Assembly: GCA_973895155.1 (NCBI GenBank) | Contig: OZ316891.1 | Span: 25,915,899-25,979,898 of the forward strand | DNA length: 64,000 nucleotides | Source of the DNA: Marsupella aquatica | Lineage: Eukaryota; Plantae; Marchantiophyta | Reading direction: 5' to 3' | Part shown: positions 1 through 12,901 of the stretch, in pieces | Layout: each line of letters starts with the position of its first letter | How positions within the stretch are numbered: position 1 is the first letter of the stretch | The notes under the pieces: generated by a model | What the model was told of the DNA's origin: nothing | Database searches by the model: none | The model's input: the letters and a program-made list of their open reading frames with translations, nothing else | Position numbers and translations under genes: made by a program

Positions 1-44
1 TGTCGCATTTGTAGTTTATGGAAAATGGCAAATCCGATAAGGTA

Positions 45-3000
45 TCAGAATGTTGTGCTATCCATAACCGGTGAGTAAGTTTCATCGTAATGAATTCTCG
101 GTTGTTGGGTAAATCCTTTTCCTACCAGACGTGCTTTATAGCGTACAACTTGGCCTTTATCATTTCTTTTGCGGACAAATGTCCACTTGTAGCCAATTAG
201 GTGTACGTCTTGCGGTGTTGGCTCGACTGGGCCAAAAGTGTGTCTGCTTAGTAGGGAATCTAATTCTCCATTGATAGCTTTTTGCCATTCAGGCCAATCT
301 GGTCTGTTTTGGCATTCTAAGATGGATATTGGTTCGGGTGTATCGTCAGTGATATGTGTTGCCACCATTAATGCAAAAGCATCATCTATTGAAGTAGTAT
401 TTCTATCCCACATCACACTTGTGTGTGCGTAGTGGATAGAGATCTCTTCATGGGATGTAGATTCGGTATGATCGACATCAGGTGAAGGCGGTATAGATGA
501 ACCACGCCTTTGTGGTTGTTTATCTTTTGATCCCAAGGGTCTACCTCGTTTTGCACGAGGTTGGGATGTACTTGCTGGCTCACTTGATAATTCGATGCGA
601 GCAGATGCTCTCGCAGCTGGAATATGTGAGCGGGTAAGTTGTGATGTGTCAACGAAAGCATCAGGAAGTTCTTCCACAATCTTGTGGAGTTGCAGAATTC
701 TTTGAACTTCTTTCTCCCCTTGATTCGTTCTAAGGTCTTGCCAAAATGGCGAGTGTCTTTCCCACTCCAAAGGTGGTTGTGGGTGTTCAGGGGTTATTAA
801 TGGTGGGTAAATGTGTTCATCAAAATGGCAATCTAGAAATCTGGCTTTAAAAACGTCGCCAGTTGTAGGTTCTATATATCGGATTATGGACGGTGAGTCG
901 AATCCGATGTATATCCCCAACTGTCGTTGGGGTCCCATCTTGGTTCGTTTGGGTGGGGTAATGGGGACCATTACTTGGCATCCAAATGAACGAAGGTGGG
1001 ATAAGTCAGGTTTTATACCATTAGCAATTTGGTATGGGCTATAGGTATTAAAAGCTGATGGGCGGTATTGAATTAATGCATTAGCCTGTAATATGGCGTG
1101 TCCCCATGCTGAGACGGGGAGTTTCGACTGCATTAATAGTGGGCGTGCAATTAACTGAAGGCATTTAATGACCGCTTCAGCTAGTCCGTTCTGAAAATGC
1201 ACGTGAGGTACAGGATATTGTACGTCAATGCCAAGTGATGTGCAGAAGTCATCAAATGTTTCGGATGTGAATTCCCCTGCATTGTCCACCCTTAGTGTCT
1301 TAATGGGGTGATCTGGGAATTGTGCTTTCACGCGCAGGATTTGTGCCAAGATACGAGGCATAACCATGTTCCTCGTTGAAAGCAGTGTCACATTTGACCA
1401 CTTAGTTGATGCATCGATTAATACCATAAAGTAGCGGAATGGTCCGCTCTATGGGTTAATTGGCCCACAAACATCGGCATGGATTATTTCCAAGAATTTG
1501 GGTATGTTGGTTGGCAATTTTGATGCCGTGGGCCTTGTTATTAATTTTCCGCGCGAACATGCAGTGCATGGGGTGCTAGCTGGAATGTGGCGTGTATTGA
1601 TTGGAATGCCACTTGAATTCTTAATTATTTTGGTTAGCATTGATTGGCCGGGGTTGTCGAGGCGTGCATGCCAGAGCGCATGCAATTCACTTGTGTTGGC
1701 ATTGTTATGCAGGCATTCTATATGAGTTACATAAAACCCACAAGGATACGAGAAAATGGTTTCTTTAATGATTTTCCCCGTAGGGGTATTTTCAACCAAG
1801 TGGATGACCTCTTGGTCTCTTGTATCGCCTGTTTGGACGTGTAGTCCATTAATTTGCTCGTATATCTCTGAAACTGAGGAGATTACGAGTTGCGTTCGGG
1901 GAGAAAATGGCAGATTCTATGTGAATCGCTGTACCCTGCGGTAGTCTAATGGAAGTTGGGCCGAAGCCTTCTTCTATTTGGCTAGGGCCATTTATAGTGG
2001 TCAGGGATCTACGTGAGGGTGTAATCTTGTGGAAAAGGTGTCTATCCCTGAGGATAGTATGCGTGGTCGCACTGTCGATAATACATGTGCTTGGACTATT
2101 TAAATCTGGTGTAGTGGAGCTACTTGCCACTAAGTGTGCCTCGGGTTGGACAGGTAGGTTTGAAAAGTCTTGGAATGGGTCACTAGACTCCATAAACGCC
2201 CCATGGGTTTCACGGGTTGGTGCCCTAGAGGTTTGTCCATTCTGGATGGACCGTTGATATAGTTCTCTAAGGTGTTGCGGGATTCTACAGTTTCTCACTA
2301 GGTGGTTTGTCATGCCACATTCATGGCATTTCGGTCGTTCCCGTTGTTGTCGGGATTGTGACCAATCGTTTTCACGGTTGTTGTTATATGTTCTACCACT
2401 GCCCCGTCCACCACGTCCACCACGTCCTCCTCGTCCTTCGCGTCCTCCACGTCCTTCTCGTCCACCACATCCTCCATGTCCTCTAAAGGTCCGTTGGGAG
2501 TTATATTGTGGACGTTGGTTATAGAAACTCCCCCTATTGTGGGTGTTTCTTCGGTTGCCATTCTTAGTGCGCTTAATGCCTTACCTCGATGTGGGGGATT
2601 CAACATTTTCTATGTTATGGGTTTCATTCTGTTGTCCTGAGGGCAGTGTGCCCGCAGGTCATTTTCTAGAGTTTACGAAAAGAAGTTCTTGGTTTCTTTC
2701 GGTGACTAGGAGGTGGGCTATGAGCTCAGAGTATTGCCCGAACTTCATGTTTCGATACTGTGTTGATAGCCACACATTCGATGAATGAAATGTCGACAAG
2801 GTCTTCTCTAGCAGATCCTTGTCTGTGACCAGCTCGACACATAGTGCGAGGGTTGAGGTTATTCTAAAGAGTTTGCTATTGTAGGCTGAAATAGAGGTAA
2901 AGTCCTAGACTCGTAGGTTTAGCCAGTCTTGCCTGGCTTTAGGCAGTTCGACCAGTTTTTGGTGGTCGAATCGGGTTTGGAGCGCTGTCCAAAGTTCACG

Positions 3001-3255
3001 GGGGGTTGAGAGGTGCATGTATTGTCTTTGTAAGAATCTATGGATATGACGTCTAAGGAATACGAGAGCCTTAGATTTGTTGGCTTTAGTTAACGGGTCT
3101 GGTTGGGGTTCGCCAGCTAGTATAGGTTGAGCCATCCCTATAGCTGGGAGTAAGGTTAGCGAGGTTAGGTTTTCTTTTAGGTTCATGGACCATTCTAGGT
3201 AGTTGCCGCCATCTATTTCTAGGGCAGGGAAGGTGAGTTTCTCAAGGTTGGCCAT
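45..3255 (-). pseudogene. Disrupted copia gag-pol polyprotein (gag 3255-2310, protease ~2313-1849, GAG-pre-integrase/integrase/RT 1799-45)
   Basis: One polyprotein split over several ORFs by stops (e.g. 2905, 1449, 45) and frameshifts. GGR-rich repeat and zinc-knuckle region near 2280-2480. Confidence 0.88.
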
Positions 3256-4633
3256 CTCTAAGGTCCTGGCGTGCTGCGGTGGTGTGCGTGTTTATATATA
3301 ATGTATATAGTCAAAAGACAATGCACATTTGCCGCATGCAATGATGGAGAAGGGGTTTGCACTTATTAAGTTGGTTTTCTGTGTGAATGTATAACTGCAA
3401 GGTTTTCTTTGTAATTGCTATTTCCTTTGTTAAATTGTGCAGTAATGGAGTTGTGTAGTTTGTGCAGTTATGGGTGATTCTTTACTCGTGACCTGGTTAA
3501 GTGCACATTATGCTTTGGAACTGGAATCTTTTTGACGGAGTTTGCAATTAACGAGGGTTTTGCAGTTATGTGCGGTTATGGAGCGTGCACTTAGCGGTTG
3601 TGATCTTTTTTCGACGTTTTGTCGATGTTTTGGGCCTTCAGGTTGCGCTTTCTCCCTCGTTTGCCGCTCCTCTCGACCTTCTGATCTCGTTTTGCAGTCG
3701 TGGCCTTCCGTCCTTATCGGGATCCTCTCCAATTCACGCCTTCTCCCCTCGGAACACGTGAATGCTTCTTTAATCTTTCTTTCCTTCAATTTTCGTAACC
3801 CTTCTCAAGTGTCTTTGATTGATTCTTTGATGCTGCCTCGGTGCTGCTTGCACTGTTGTTCAGGGTTGCAAACGACGCGGCTCCTATGAGATTGTTCGAA
3901 TCTCAAAATGAATGGCTTACTGCGTCAGAATTGCAGAAAAGGCAAGCACCGCCTATCAAGTCATAGTTGGGAGGATCTCTGAAGCTGCTGAACGATTCTC
4001 TTCGAATTCCTTGGCAAATTTCTCTGTGAATTCCACCTCTGCCTTATGTGCTTCCGACTCTTGCTGACATCTTATTCAGGAGCGCCGAGACCTCTCCTAT
4101 GTTGCATTGTCGCGAGCCTTCGTCGTTGATTTTCGAGAGAGGTCGTCTTGGTACCTCTCCGCTGCAGCATGAAATTGAGTCTAGAAAGATTGCATTTTAG
4201 GGAACGTCGATGCTGTTGTGTATCCAAGCTCCTCCTTCGCAAGTCGTTTGCCCTCGCTGTCTTCTCGTGATGTTCTTAGCCCATCGGGGATTTCTCAGGC
4301 TGCGTCAATTACTTCTCAGTTTCTATTTCGACTTCAGGCTTCCTCTCCTCTGATCGGTAATTTACTCAATGCATGAGTTGATTGTTGGCAGATTGCTGCT
4401 CGTTGTCTGCTCTGCTTGTCCAGTTCTCATGCCTTCTATTTGATCCGCGGTGTCATTTGGTTTTTGAGTCTGGTGTGCTTCTCATTCTGTTTGTAATCAT
4501 GGGTCACGAGGGTTCCCCTTTGTTTCTCTTGTCAAATTTCTCCACATTGTATTCATTTTCTTTGAGGGAAACTGGGGTTCGGTTTTGTAAAAAAAATTCT
4601 ACTCTCCCCTTTCGTGCTCGGCTAGTCTTAGGC

Positions 4634-4647
4634 TCGTGCTGATAACG
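4634..4647 (-). other. Primer binding site of the Bianca-like element (CGTTATCAGCACGA)
   Basis: Plus strand TCGTGCTGATAACG abuts the LTR. It resembles the anticodon arm of tRNA-Ile, consistent with half-tRNA priming as recalled for this lineage. Confidence 0.75.
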
Positions 4648-4784
4648 TGTGAGAATAGAATGGAATGAACATGTGTATAGTCGGGAATAGGAGTACATAT
4701 AGTGGGACCAGGGTGACCGGCTGGTCCGGTCGTCCGGTCAAAGGTAGAGTCTAACAACTCCCTACTAATGTCTTTGTACACTCA
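4648..4784 (-). repeat. Short 5' LTR (~135 bp) of the Bianca-like element
   Basis: TG...CA ends immediately outside the PBS. Outer boundary is uncertain (4780 or 4784) because the partner LTR lies outside the window. Confidence 0.6.
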
Positions 4785-5344
4785 TCGCTCCCTGGAAAAG
4801 TTGTGATCATATTGGCTCCAACATGCTGACACAAATGTGCACTCCTCACTCCCAGCCTCATGGAACCTAGTACTTTAAGAGCCAACTCTTAAATAGCAGC
4901 CCTCAACATTGGGCCCTTAGCGCTTGCAAAACTATTGGGAAAAAGTAAAGCTGCTGTCCTGCAACGTGTCAAGTGCACAAAGGCTGTCTTGTCCCTTAGT
5001 TGTCTTTACCCCCTGAGCTTGTGCAAGGCACACTTTGTTTTATTTTGAAGTTTGAGGTGGGTAGCTCAAGGGCAGCCATGTTTCCAGCCCTTTCCCTTGG
5101 AACTCCAAAATTTGTGCCGTTAGGCTGGTACAGGAGGGGTTTCAAGGATGCAACTCTCTTCACTTATATGTTAGCATGAGTCAGATTCAGGGCCACATTC
5201 TTTAGGGCCGCTCACATGCAAGTTGGCTCTAAGACTTGCATGTAACCGGCCCTTTAAATTTGCAGCCCTTAAATCTCCCTGAACTGCCGGGAACGAGCCG
5301 TGGAGGGATGGACCAGGCCAATCCACGGTGCTGCTATGTATAAG

Positions 5345-5372
5345 GTAATCACGGTCTTGTCGACCGTTACCG
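5345..5372 (+). repeat. Left bipartite terminal inverted repeat
   Basis: GTAATCACGG (5345-5354), 11-nt spacer, GTTACCG (5366-5372). Confidence 0.7.
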
Positions 5373-5963
5373 GGGAGTAATAGGCACGACGCGGTTCTGA
5401 CACAGGCACGACCGGCTGGAAACCCCAATTTAAGGAATACTGAAGTATTAGATTAATTCCAATTTTATCTAAATATTATTAGTTAATGAATGATCAACCT
5501 CTTTAACATTTGGTGGGATAGTAAAAAACTTCAAATGTTTTGTTGCAAGATCTTTATAACAATGCATCACTAAATGACATCAAGTACCTCTTGATCCATG
5601 CACAAATCCTTAATTAAACTGTCATTCATTATTTGTTTTAATTGTCTATTTAATTACTATAGGGTTGAATACAAAAAAGATTGACACGCACCAGGGTGCG
5701 TGACCTACAATCATAGTAAGTACCACCCTTTAATTAGTTAGTTTCTTTACAACAATTAATAGGATTGTTGTATATTACAATGTCTACTGGACATTCATTT
5801 GAATGTCAATAATATCATGCCTTAATATCACCAAACTAAGGCCCCACTAACTAATATTATATCTTAAATAAACTAACCAACTTGTCTAAACTTGAGTTCT
5901 CTGGCTACTACTATTCTGAGTTGCCTTTTAAACTGTATGCTAAACTACATGCTTCATTACTGT

Positions 5964-8900
5964 CTAGGATTTGTCACTTGCTATGCATGTCAAGAGATAG
6001 TCTCTTGCCTTGGCAGCAACATTCTTTGGAATTCCTACTAGCCCTGTCACTGGTCCTTTGCGTGCTTTGAAACACCACAAGGCAGAGGAAACATCTATTG
6101 TCTCAGCTTCCTTGTATATTGGAGTTGGATCACGTTCCCATTTCTTATCCCAAGAATCTGCCCACCGCTCCCTTGGCTGCCAGTCTGATTGACCACGTTG
6201 CTTCTTTGCCATAAATGATCTAAACCACTCAACGCCACATACATGAGTAAGAAGGTTTTGTTCATTCACTGGTCCTTCTACCACATCTGTAACAACTAAC
6301 CCCATATGGACGGGATAAACATCCAGGTCTGAGTCGTCCAACCGTACCAACAAATAATAGCCCTTCACAACATCAACCCTAGGGTTAAAACTCTCAGGAG
6401 GTTTATCTTTTGCTGGTCCCACATAATCCACTGTTGCCTCCAACTCACATGCCACATTTCGATATTCTGGTGGAACGTGCTCTCTCCATATTGATAAAGG
6501 CCAAAACCCGTATTCCAAGTTGTGTGCACCTTCAGGTTCATATTGCACCTGCTCACCCTCTAGAGTATCTACAATGTCATTCCAATAATTGATGAGAGTT
6601 GTCCAACGTCGCTTTGGTTCTTCCTCTTTTGTTCGCTTTAGAATAAACTCAAAGAATGACACATGCTTCTTCAACCCTGTCAGCACTTCAGGAAGCATTT
6701 TCAACTCCATCATTGGTAGCCGTTTGGGCACCCCAATTGGGATGTGAGGACTTTTGTCATCTTTCCATGACCACATTTCAATACCTTCCTTGGGTAACCA
6801 TCCCTGATCAGTTGACTTCATTTTGTATTGGAAGCATGGCATACTATCATGACGAACATAGAACCTAAACAACCTGGGTTTTAAATGCCCCACCAATGCC
6901 TCAGGGCCCTTCAACATGAATGGAGCTAAGTAGTTTTTGAAATCTGGGACCTTCTGTAGAAAATGTGGGACTGCATTGGGTGTCCTTGCTCTCATGAACA
7001 AGGACATTAACTCAGGCAATGAGTATGTGGGGTTATGCATCATAGACTCTGAAAAATGCCCAAACATACCGTCAACGTCCTCATGAGTATGCCCAACCAC
7101 CATAAAACCAAGATGAACCTCTTCAAACACCTCCCTTGCTGTCAACAATGACAAATAAGCCATCATATATCTGTTCTTGTTGTCTGAGGCACAATTATCC
7201 AGTTGTAACTTCAATACTCGTGGAAGGGGCCTGAACTTTGGTGCCTCAAGTGCTGCATCACAATGTAACAATCTCAGAATGCTTTTAAATAAAACCCTAG
7301 TCAGACCCTAAACCCAATTTAGGGTTTAAACCCTATTAATGAAACCTTGGCTAGGAGGAGCAACAACTACACAAAGTAGAGTGTCAGTGTGTGTGAGCTT
7401 ATATTATTAAATAATAATAAATTAAAGGATTGTGAGTAAAGTACCTAGGCTTGAGATGTAGGCAATGTCATCCTCAAATGCTCTAAGGACACTTGCCTCC
7501 AAGATATCTTTTCTCCCAAAAAGGAGGTCTTTAAAAAGACTTGTCGAGTCTGGCCCCTCCACAAGTGATTTGATCATTGGATTTGGGTTTTCCAACATCC
7601 TTAGTATTGAATCAATTGACCTAATAGTGATGTTGACATCACCTGGCCACACTCCAACATGATATTGGGCTATGGCCTTGGGACCATGACCATGAGTAAG
7701 GATACCAGTGACAGTAATTGGGAACTTTTGGGCACCATCCACATGCTTAGGATTGAAGGGCATTCTTGGGAGAGTTGTCTTTGAATGATCCATCTTATCA
7801 TGAATAAGGCATAACACTTCCTTGGAACGATGGATGGACTCATATCTCCAGGTATGATAACACATTCTTTGCTGTGTGTGGTCTTGGTGATGTTCCTCCT
7901 CGTCACGCCTTAGGCCCTCTAACTCTTCCTTAGCTCCTGTAAGGTTTGCTTTCCGTTGAAGCAACTCACTACAAGTTGTACACTTTGAAAAGTTGTTGCC
8001 CTTTTTGTGACGTGAGAACTCCCTGAAATACATCTGATGTAGATGACTCAAGGTGGGTTGGGAAATTGGAGGAAGACCAGCCTCCTTGTTGACAACATTA
8101 ACCCTGTTTCTAATATTCTCCCAAATAAGATTCGTTGGCAATTCCCTCAAAACCATCCTTGTATTATCTGCCATGGTTCTCAACTTGGCTGGATGATGAT
8201 CAGCTGCCTCCTCAATAATCTCTTTCATTGACATGAATGCTTGAGATACTTTCTCGGACATACGCCTTTTTCCAACATTACCATGGGTACCTATGTTCAT
8301 TCCAGCCATCACAGTCTTCTTCAAGGCATAAAATTGAGTCTTTCCTCTTGAATGAATGATTCTCCATGCCTCCAAGCACAATACTTTGCCCTCCACTGCT
8401 AGAATCCTTTCTCTAGTACCCAAGTGTATTGTATTTTTAATAGCCTTGATTTCCTCCTCCTTGCGCTCCGCAAACGATTTTGACCACCACTTTTGCCTAA
8501 TTGCCATAGCCAAGTTGCGGTCCAAATATTGGCAACAATGTTCACTACAACAGTCCTTAGTGTTTATCAACAACACATCTTGACGTGCCAAAGATGTGTC
8601 TCTTCTAGATGTCTGGGAAGATGGACTCTTTCTTTTCCTACTTTTATGGACGTAGGACCGCTTGCCACTTGTTGGAGATGTGTTCCCTCCCACAGCTTGC
8701 CTGATGTTGTGGAAAGACAACAAGTTGCCATCCTTGGCAATGAGTTGGTCCATCGACCAAGCTTTTAAGCAATCTCTATGCTTCAGATGATCTATGATAG
8801 CTCCCTCTACAAAATCATTGATCAGAATTCCCACATGTGTATTCCCAAGGGTGACATCCCCAAGCTTCACTATAGGATCTAGAACATGTATAGTTGCCAC

Positions 8901-9353
8901 TGCAAAAATCAACTTGTTCTCATCCACCACCTTTATAGGCATGCCCATCCACAAGGCCTTTGGTAAAACTACTTCCACACCAGACCGACTCTCAGTATGG
9001 TTGTTCCCATCAGAATTTTGATTGACTGGATCTTGATCATCACCAACATTGCCAAACACATCCTCCGATTCCATGGGAGCTCGAAAAAGCTGATTCCTTT
9101 CCCATACAAGGTAACCCCCAATCATGTCCTTCAAAAGTTTGCCATCTTCGCATAGAATGGCCTCGTCAAAAACTTCCTCCAATAGAAGAAGAACTCTGTC
9201 CGCCCCAAGAGGAACATTGTGACAAACCCTGGAAGGATCAAGACTTATCACGCGACCTTTTCCAACCTGTTTCTCACGTATGCCTATAATAACTTGTTCG
9301 CCTTCCCTGATCCAGACTGTCGATGTCACCATAATAATTATGATCCTGCACAT
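5964..9353 (-). CDS. Spliced Sola-like (DUF7869-type) DDD transposase with two N-terminal Tnp1/En-Spm-like domains
   Basis: ORFs 9353-7422 and 7271-5964. Motifs CCxxxCC, FSKCTTC, LIHDKMDHSKTTLP (D1), LQLDNCASDNKN (D2), FMVVGHTHEDVD (D3). N-terminal VGKGRVISLDP..CHNVPLG-type domain occurs twice. GT donor at 7444; splicing between 7444 and ~7275 is not resolved. Confidence 0.8.
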
Positions 9354-9385
9354 CAGAGAATATCACTGTAAGCGTACAGTCCTGT

Positions 9386-10036
9386 CACGTCCGTCAACTT
9401 CACTGCACTGTCCTGTCACGTCGGTCAACAAGCAGAATGTAGTCAATGCACTGAACTGCACGCGACTGGTCGCGTGACCCTAGAGGTACCACACATACCG
9501 GCAATGACTACAATCGATTACGATCAATCATTTCACATCCACTCAGAAAAAATGAGTGGACAGTACCAGTTTACCAATGAGTGGACACTGGACAGTCAGT
9601 AACTACTGAGGACTGTAAGCAATAAGCGCCAGTAAAACGTCCGTGAACTGCATTGTCCTGTCACGACCGTCAACAAGTAAGCAGAATGAAGTCAATGCAC
9701 TGTCCTGTACGCAACTAGTCGCGTGACCTTAGTCAGAGGGTGTAGGGATAATAGGGTCTACAACATAGAAGCTAGAAGCCTAGGCCCAAACTCTAGCTCG
9801 TACTTGGTACTTCAGAAGTAAGAACGATTGCGCGTGAGACAGTAAGATACAATTACGGATCTGAAGGCATCACACATAGTTACCGGCAACAGATTATGCA
9901 TGGTCAGTCAATCATTTCAAGTGAATGAGAATGACTACAATCGATTACGAACAATCATTTCAATTCCACTCAGAAAAAATGAGTGGACAGTACCAGTTTA
10001 CCAATGAGTGGACACCGGACAGTCAGTAACTACTGA
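9386..10036. repeat. Interleaved direct repeats upstream of the transposase
   Basis: ~95-bp pair (~9386-9483 and ~9637-9732), each ending in the ACGC-N6-CGCGTGA palindrome. ~107-bp pair (~9503-9609 and ~9930-10036) containing the hairpin CCACTCA-GAAAAAA-TGAGTGG. Confidence 0.85.
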
Positions 10037-10352
10037 CCCTCATAAGCAATCTCAGTACTTCACTAGCAATCAGTATTCCCGGGGCGGTCGCCAAACGTGA
10101 AATTAAATGCAAAAATTGGAGGGCAACTGAACTTCCTGCCAATTCTAATACGCGCCAGTCAAATGTGCACTCTCTTCTAGAAACCACTATGTATAGTGAC
10201 TAGTGGAGACTAAACAGTATAAAGCATTGAGATGATCCCTACTGCTCATTCCCCCACGAATTCCACTTTCTGGCTACTGGATAATCTATTCGCACATCAG
10301 CTCTCTCATTTCCAATTCTTAGTCTCGGTCCGCATCCCTTGTTTGAAGGGCG

Positions 10353-10897
10353 ATGACTACTCCGCTGAGCTCGAAGAATGAGGATTTTCCGACGGATGAT
10401 TCAGAAGATTTGACGTATCGAATTCATGGTACTCCTTACAGAACGTGTCAGCGATGTAATATAATGTTTACGGTGACTAAATCGGGTCAAATGTTTTGTG
10501 AGAGACGCCATTGTTCGCCACATTTGTCGATGGAAGATCAGATGGAGAGCAATCCGACAGAGATGACAACAAAGATGGCACCAGGGGAGAAGTTAAAGGG
10601 CAAAGCCCTCGTCGAATCCGTTTCGGGGGGGGGGAGAAGTTGAAGGACAAAGCATGCGTCGAATACATTTCGGGTGAAGCAGCAGCAGACGCTAACACAG
10701 TCAAGAAGGAGGCCAAGAAAGTGGACGCTCCGAAGAAAAGGCAATTAGAGATGAACGAAGATTCTGATTTGTATTACAGAAAGAGCAAGCCGAGAAAATC
10801 TATGGACGTTAGGACTTGGGCAAAGGAAGAATTCCTGGATTCAAGGGAATCCACACCAGACATCGATGAGTGGATGACTTCATCTTGGAATGACTGA
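10353..10897 (+). CDS. Small Cys-rich (CxxC...CxxxxC) hypothetical cargo protein, frameshifted at a G10 run
   Basis: ORF 10353 ends GEKLKGKALVESVSG. The overlapping frame continues GEKLKDKACVEYISG, an internal repeat, across the G run at 10625-10634. Confidence 0.55.
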
Positions 10898-11144
10898 CTC
10901 GATCGAAGTCTACAATATTTTGAGTATTCAAAGATTAGATCTACAGATTCAAGAGTAGTTCAAGTTAGAACTTGTTATAGATACTGTGTAGCTTAATTTC
11001 GTCCCGTGGAAAATAGTGTTTGAAAGACCAGGTCAGTTAAATTCCTGGATAGTGCTAGTGGATATGGATTCCACATCCGAAGTCCTTCGGGATCGATGTA
11101 ACCATTTTAGCAATCAAGGAAAAATCTTCCACGAGATTCCTTTG

Positions 11145-12901
11145 GCCTCTAAAACATTAACGCGACCAGGCGAAGACGTTGGTTTTAAATTAGATTGCTG
11201 GCCAATTCTCTGGGCTGTCGACTACAATAAACAATATAAAAAAGACCTGAGATAAATTGGTTCACGCAACTGTACGCGTGATGAAGTACATGTGTAACCA
11301 AAAAAAGAGGTCATCCAACTAACAAGTTGAGATCAGTCAAATCTAAGAAATAAAGCGCGATTACGTTTAAGAGTGCAAAGCTTTCGATGACCTCTAAAAC
11401 ATTAACGCGACTGGGCGCGTCATGATACAAAGACGTTGGTTTTAGAATAGATTTTTGGCCAATTTGCTAGGCTTTCGACTACAATAAACAATACATAAAA
11501 AACCTGAGATAAATTGGTTCACGCGACTTTGCGCGTGATGAACTACATGTGTAACCAAAAAAACAGGTCATCCAACTAACAAGTTGAGATTAGTCAGATC
11601 TCAAAAATAAAGCGCGATTACGTTTAAGAGGGCAGACCTTTCGATGACCTCTAAAACATTAACGCGACCGGGTGCGTCATGATACAAGACGTTGGTTATA
11701 GAATAGATTTCTGGCCAATTTGCTAGGCTTTCGACTACAATAAACAATAATAAAAAACCTGAGATAAATTGGTTCACGCGACTTTGCGCGTGATGAACTA
11801 CATGTGTAACCAAAAAAACAGGTCATCCAACTAACAAGTTGAGATTAGTCAGATCTCAGAAATAAAGCGCGATTACGTTTAAGAGGGCAGAGATTTCGAT
11901 GACCTCTAAAACATTAACGCGACCGGGCGCGTGATGATACGAAGACGTTGGTCTTAGAATAGATTGCTGGCCAATTTTCTAGGCTGTCGACTACAATAAT
12001 CAATACATAAATTGGTTCACGCGACTGTGCGCGTGATGAACTACATGTGTAACCAAAAAAACAGGTCATCCAACTAACAAGTTGAGATCATTTAGATCTC
12101 AGAAATAAAGCACGATTACGTTTAAGAGGGCAGAGCTTTCGATGACCTCTAAAACATTAACGCGACCAGGCGCGTGATGATACGAAGACGTTAGTTTTAG
12201 AATAGATTGCTGGCCAATTTTCTAGGCTGTCGACTACAATAATCAATACATAAATTGGTTCACGCGACTGTGCGCGTGATGAACTACATGTGTAACCGAA
12301 AAAACAGGTCATCCAACTAACAAGTTGAGATCATTCAGATCTCAGAAATAAAGCACGATTACGTTTAAGAGGGCAGAGCTTTCGATGACCTCTAAAACAT
12401 TAACGCGACCGGGCGCGTGATGATACGAAGACGTTGGTTTTAGAATAGATTGCTGGATAATTTGCTAGGCTGTCGACTACAATAATCAATATAACCAGAG
12501 ATAAATTGGTTCACGTGACTGTGCGCGTGATGAACTACATGTGTAACCAAAAAAATAGGTCATCCAACTAACAAGTTGAGATCAGTCAGATCTCAGAAAT
12601 AAAGCGCGATTACGTTTAAGAGGGCAGAGCTTTCGATGACCTCTAAAACATTAACGCGACCGGGCGCGTGATGATACGAGACGTTGGTTTTAGAATAGAT
12701 TTTTGGCCAATTTTCTAGGCTGTCGACAACAATATAAAAAATACCTGAGATAAATTGGTTCACGCAACTGTGCGCGTGATGAACTACATGTGTAACTGAA
12801 AAATCAGGTCATCCTCCTAACTAGTTGAGATCAGTTGGATCTGAGAAATGGACCTCGATTACGTTTCATTTTGCTACGCCGTCGACTACAATAAACAATA
12901 C
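11145..12901. repeat. Tandem array 1: about 7 units of 243-257 bp
   Basis: Unit starts at ~11145, 11389, 11646, 11901, 12144, 12387 and 12638. Most units carry two palindromes, AACGCG-N6-CGCGT and TCACGCG-N6-CGCGTGA. Confidence 0.95.

Larger units (their letters stand above)
1..4784 (-). mobile_element. Ty1/copia LTR retrotransposon, Bianca-like lineage; runs off the left edge of the window within RT
   Basis: Gag starts MANLEKLTFPALEIDGGNYLEW. Protease motif CIIDSATTHTILR. Integrase MVLIDASTKWS...RVDNAGEF...QNGLAE. RT start GYKWTFVRKRN...YKARLV. Order is gag-PR-IN-RT, with a GTTATCAGCACGA PBS next to a short LTR. Confidence 0.93.

Noticed and set aside
3508-4642. Short ORFs in the Bianca-like element leader
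   Set aside because: They lie in the long 5' untranslated region between the PBS and gag and have no recognisable motifs.
5205-5252. 48-bp hairpin GGGCCG...ACATGCAAGT...ACTTGCATGT...CGGCCC as the left end of the giant element
   Set aside because: It lies outside the matched termini and has no counterpart on the right. It is probably a tiny Harbinger-like remnant.
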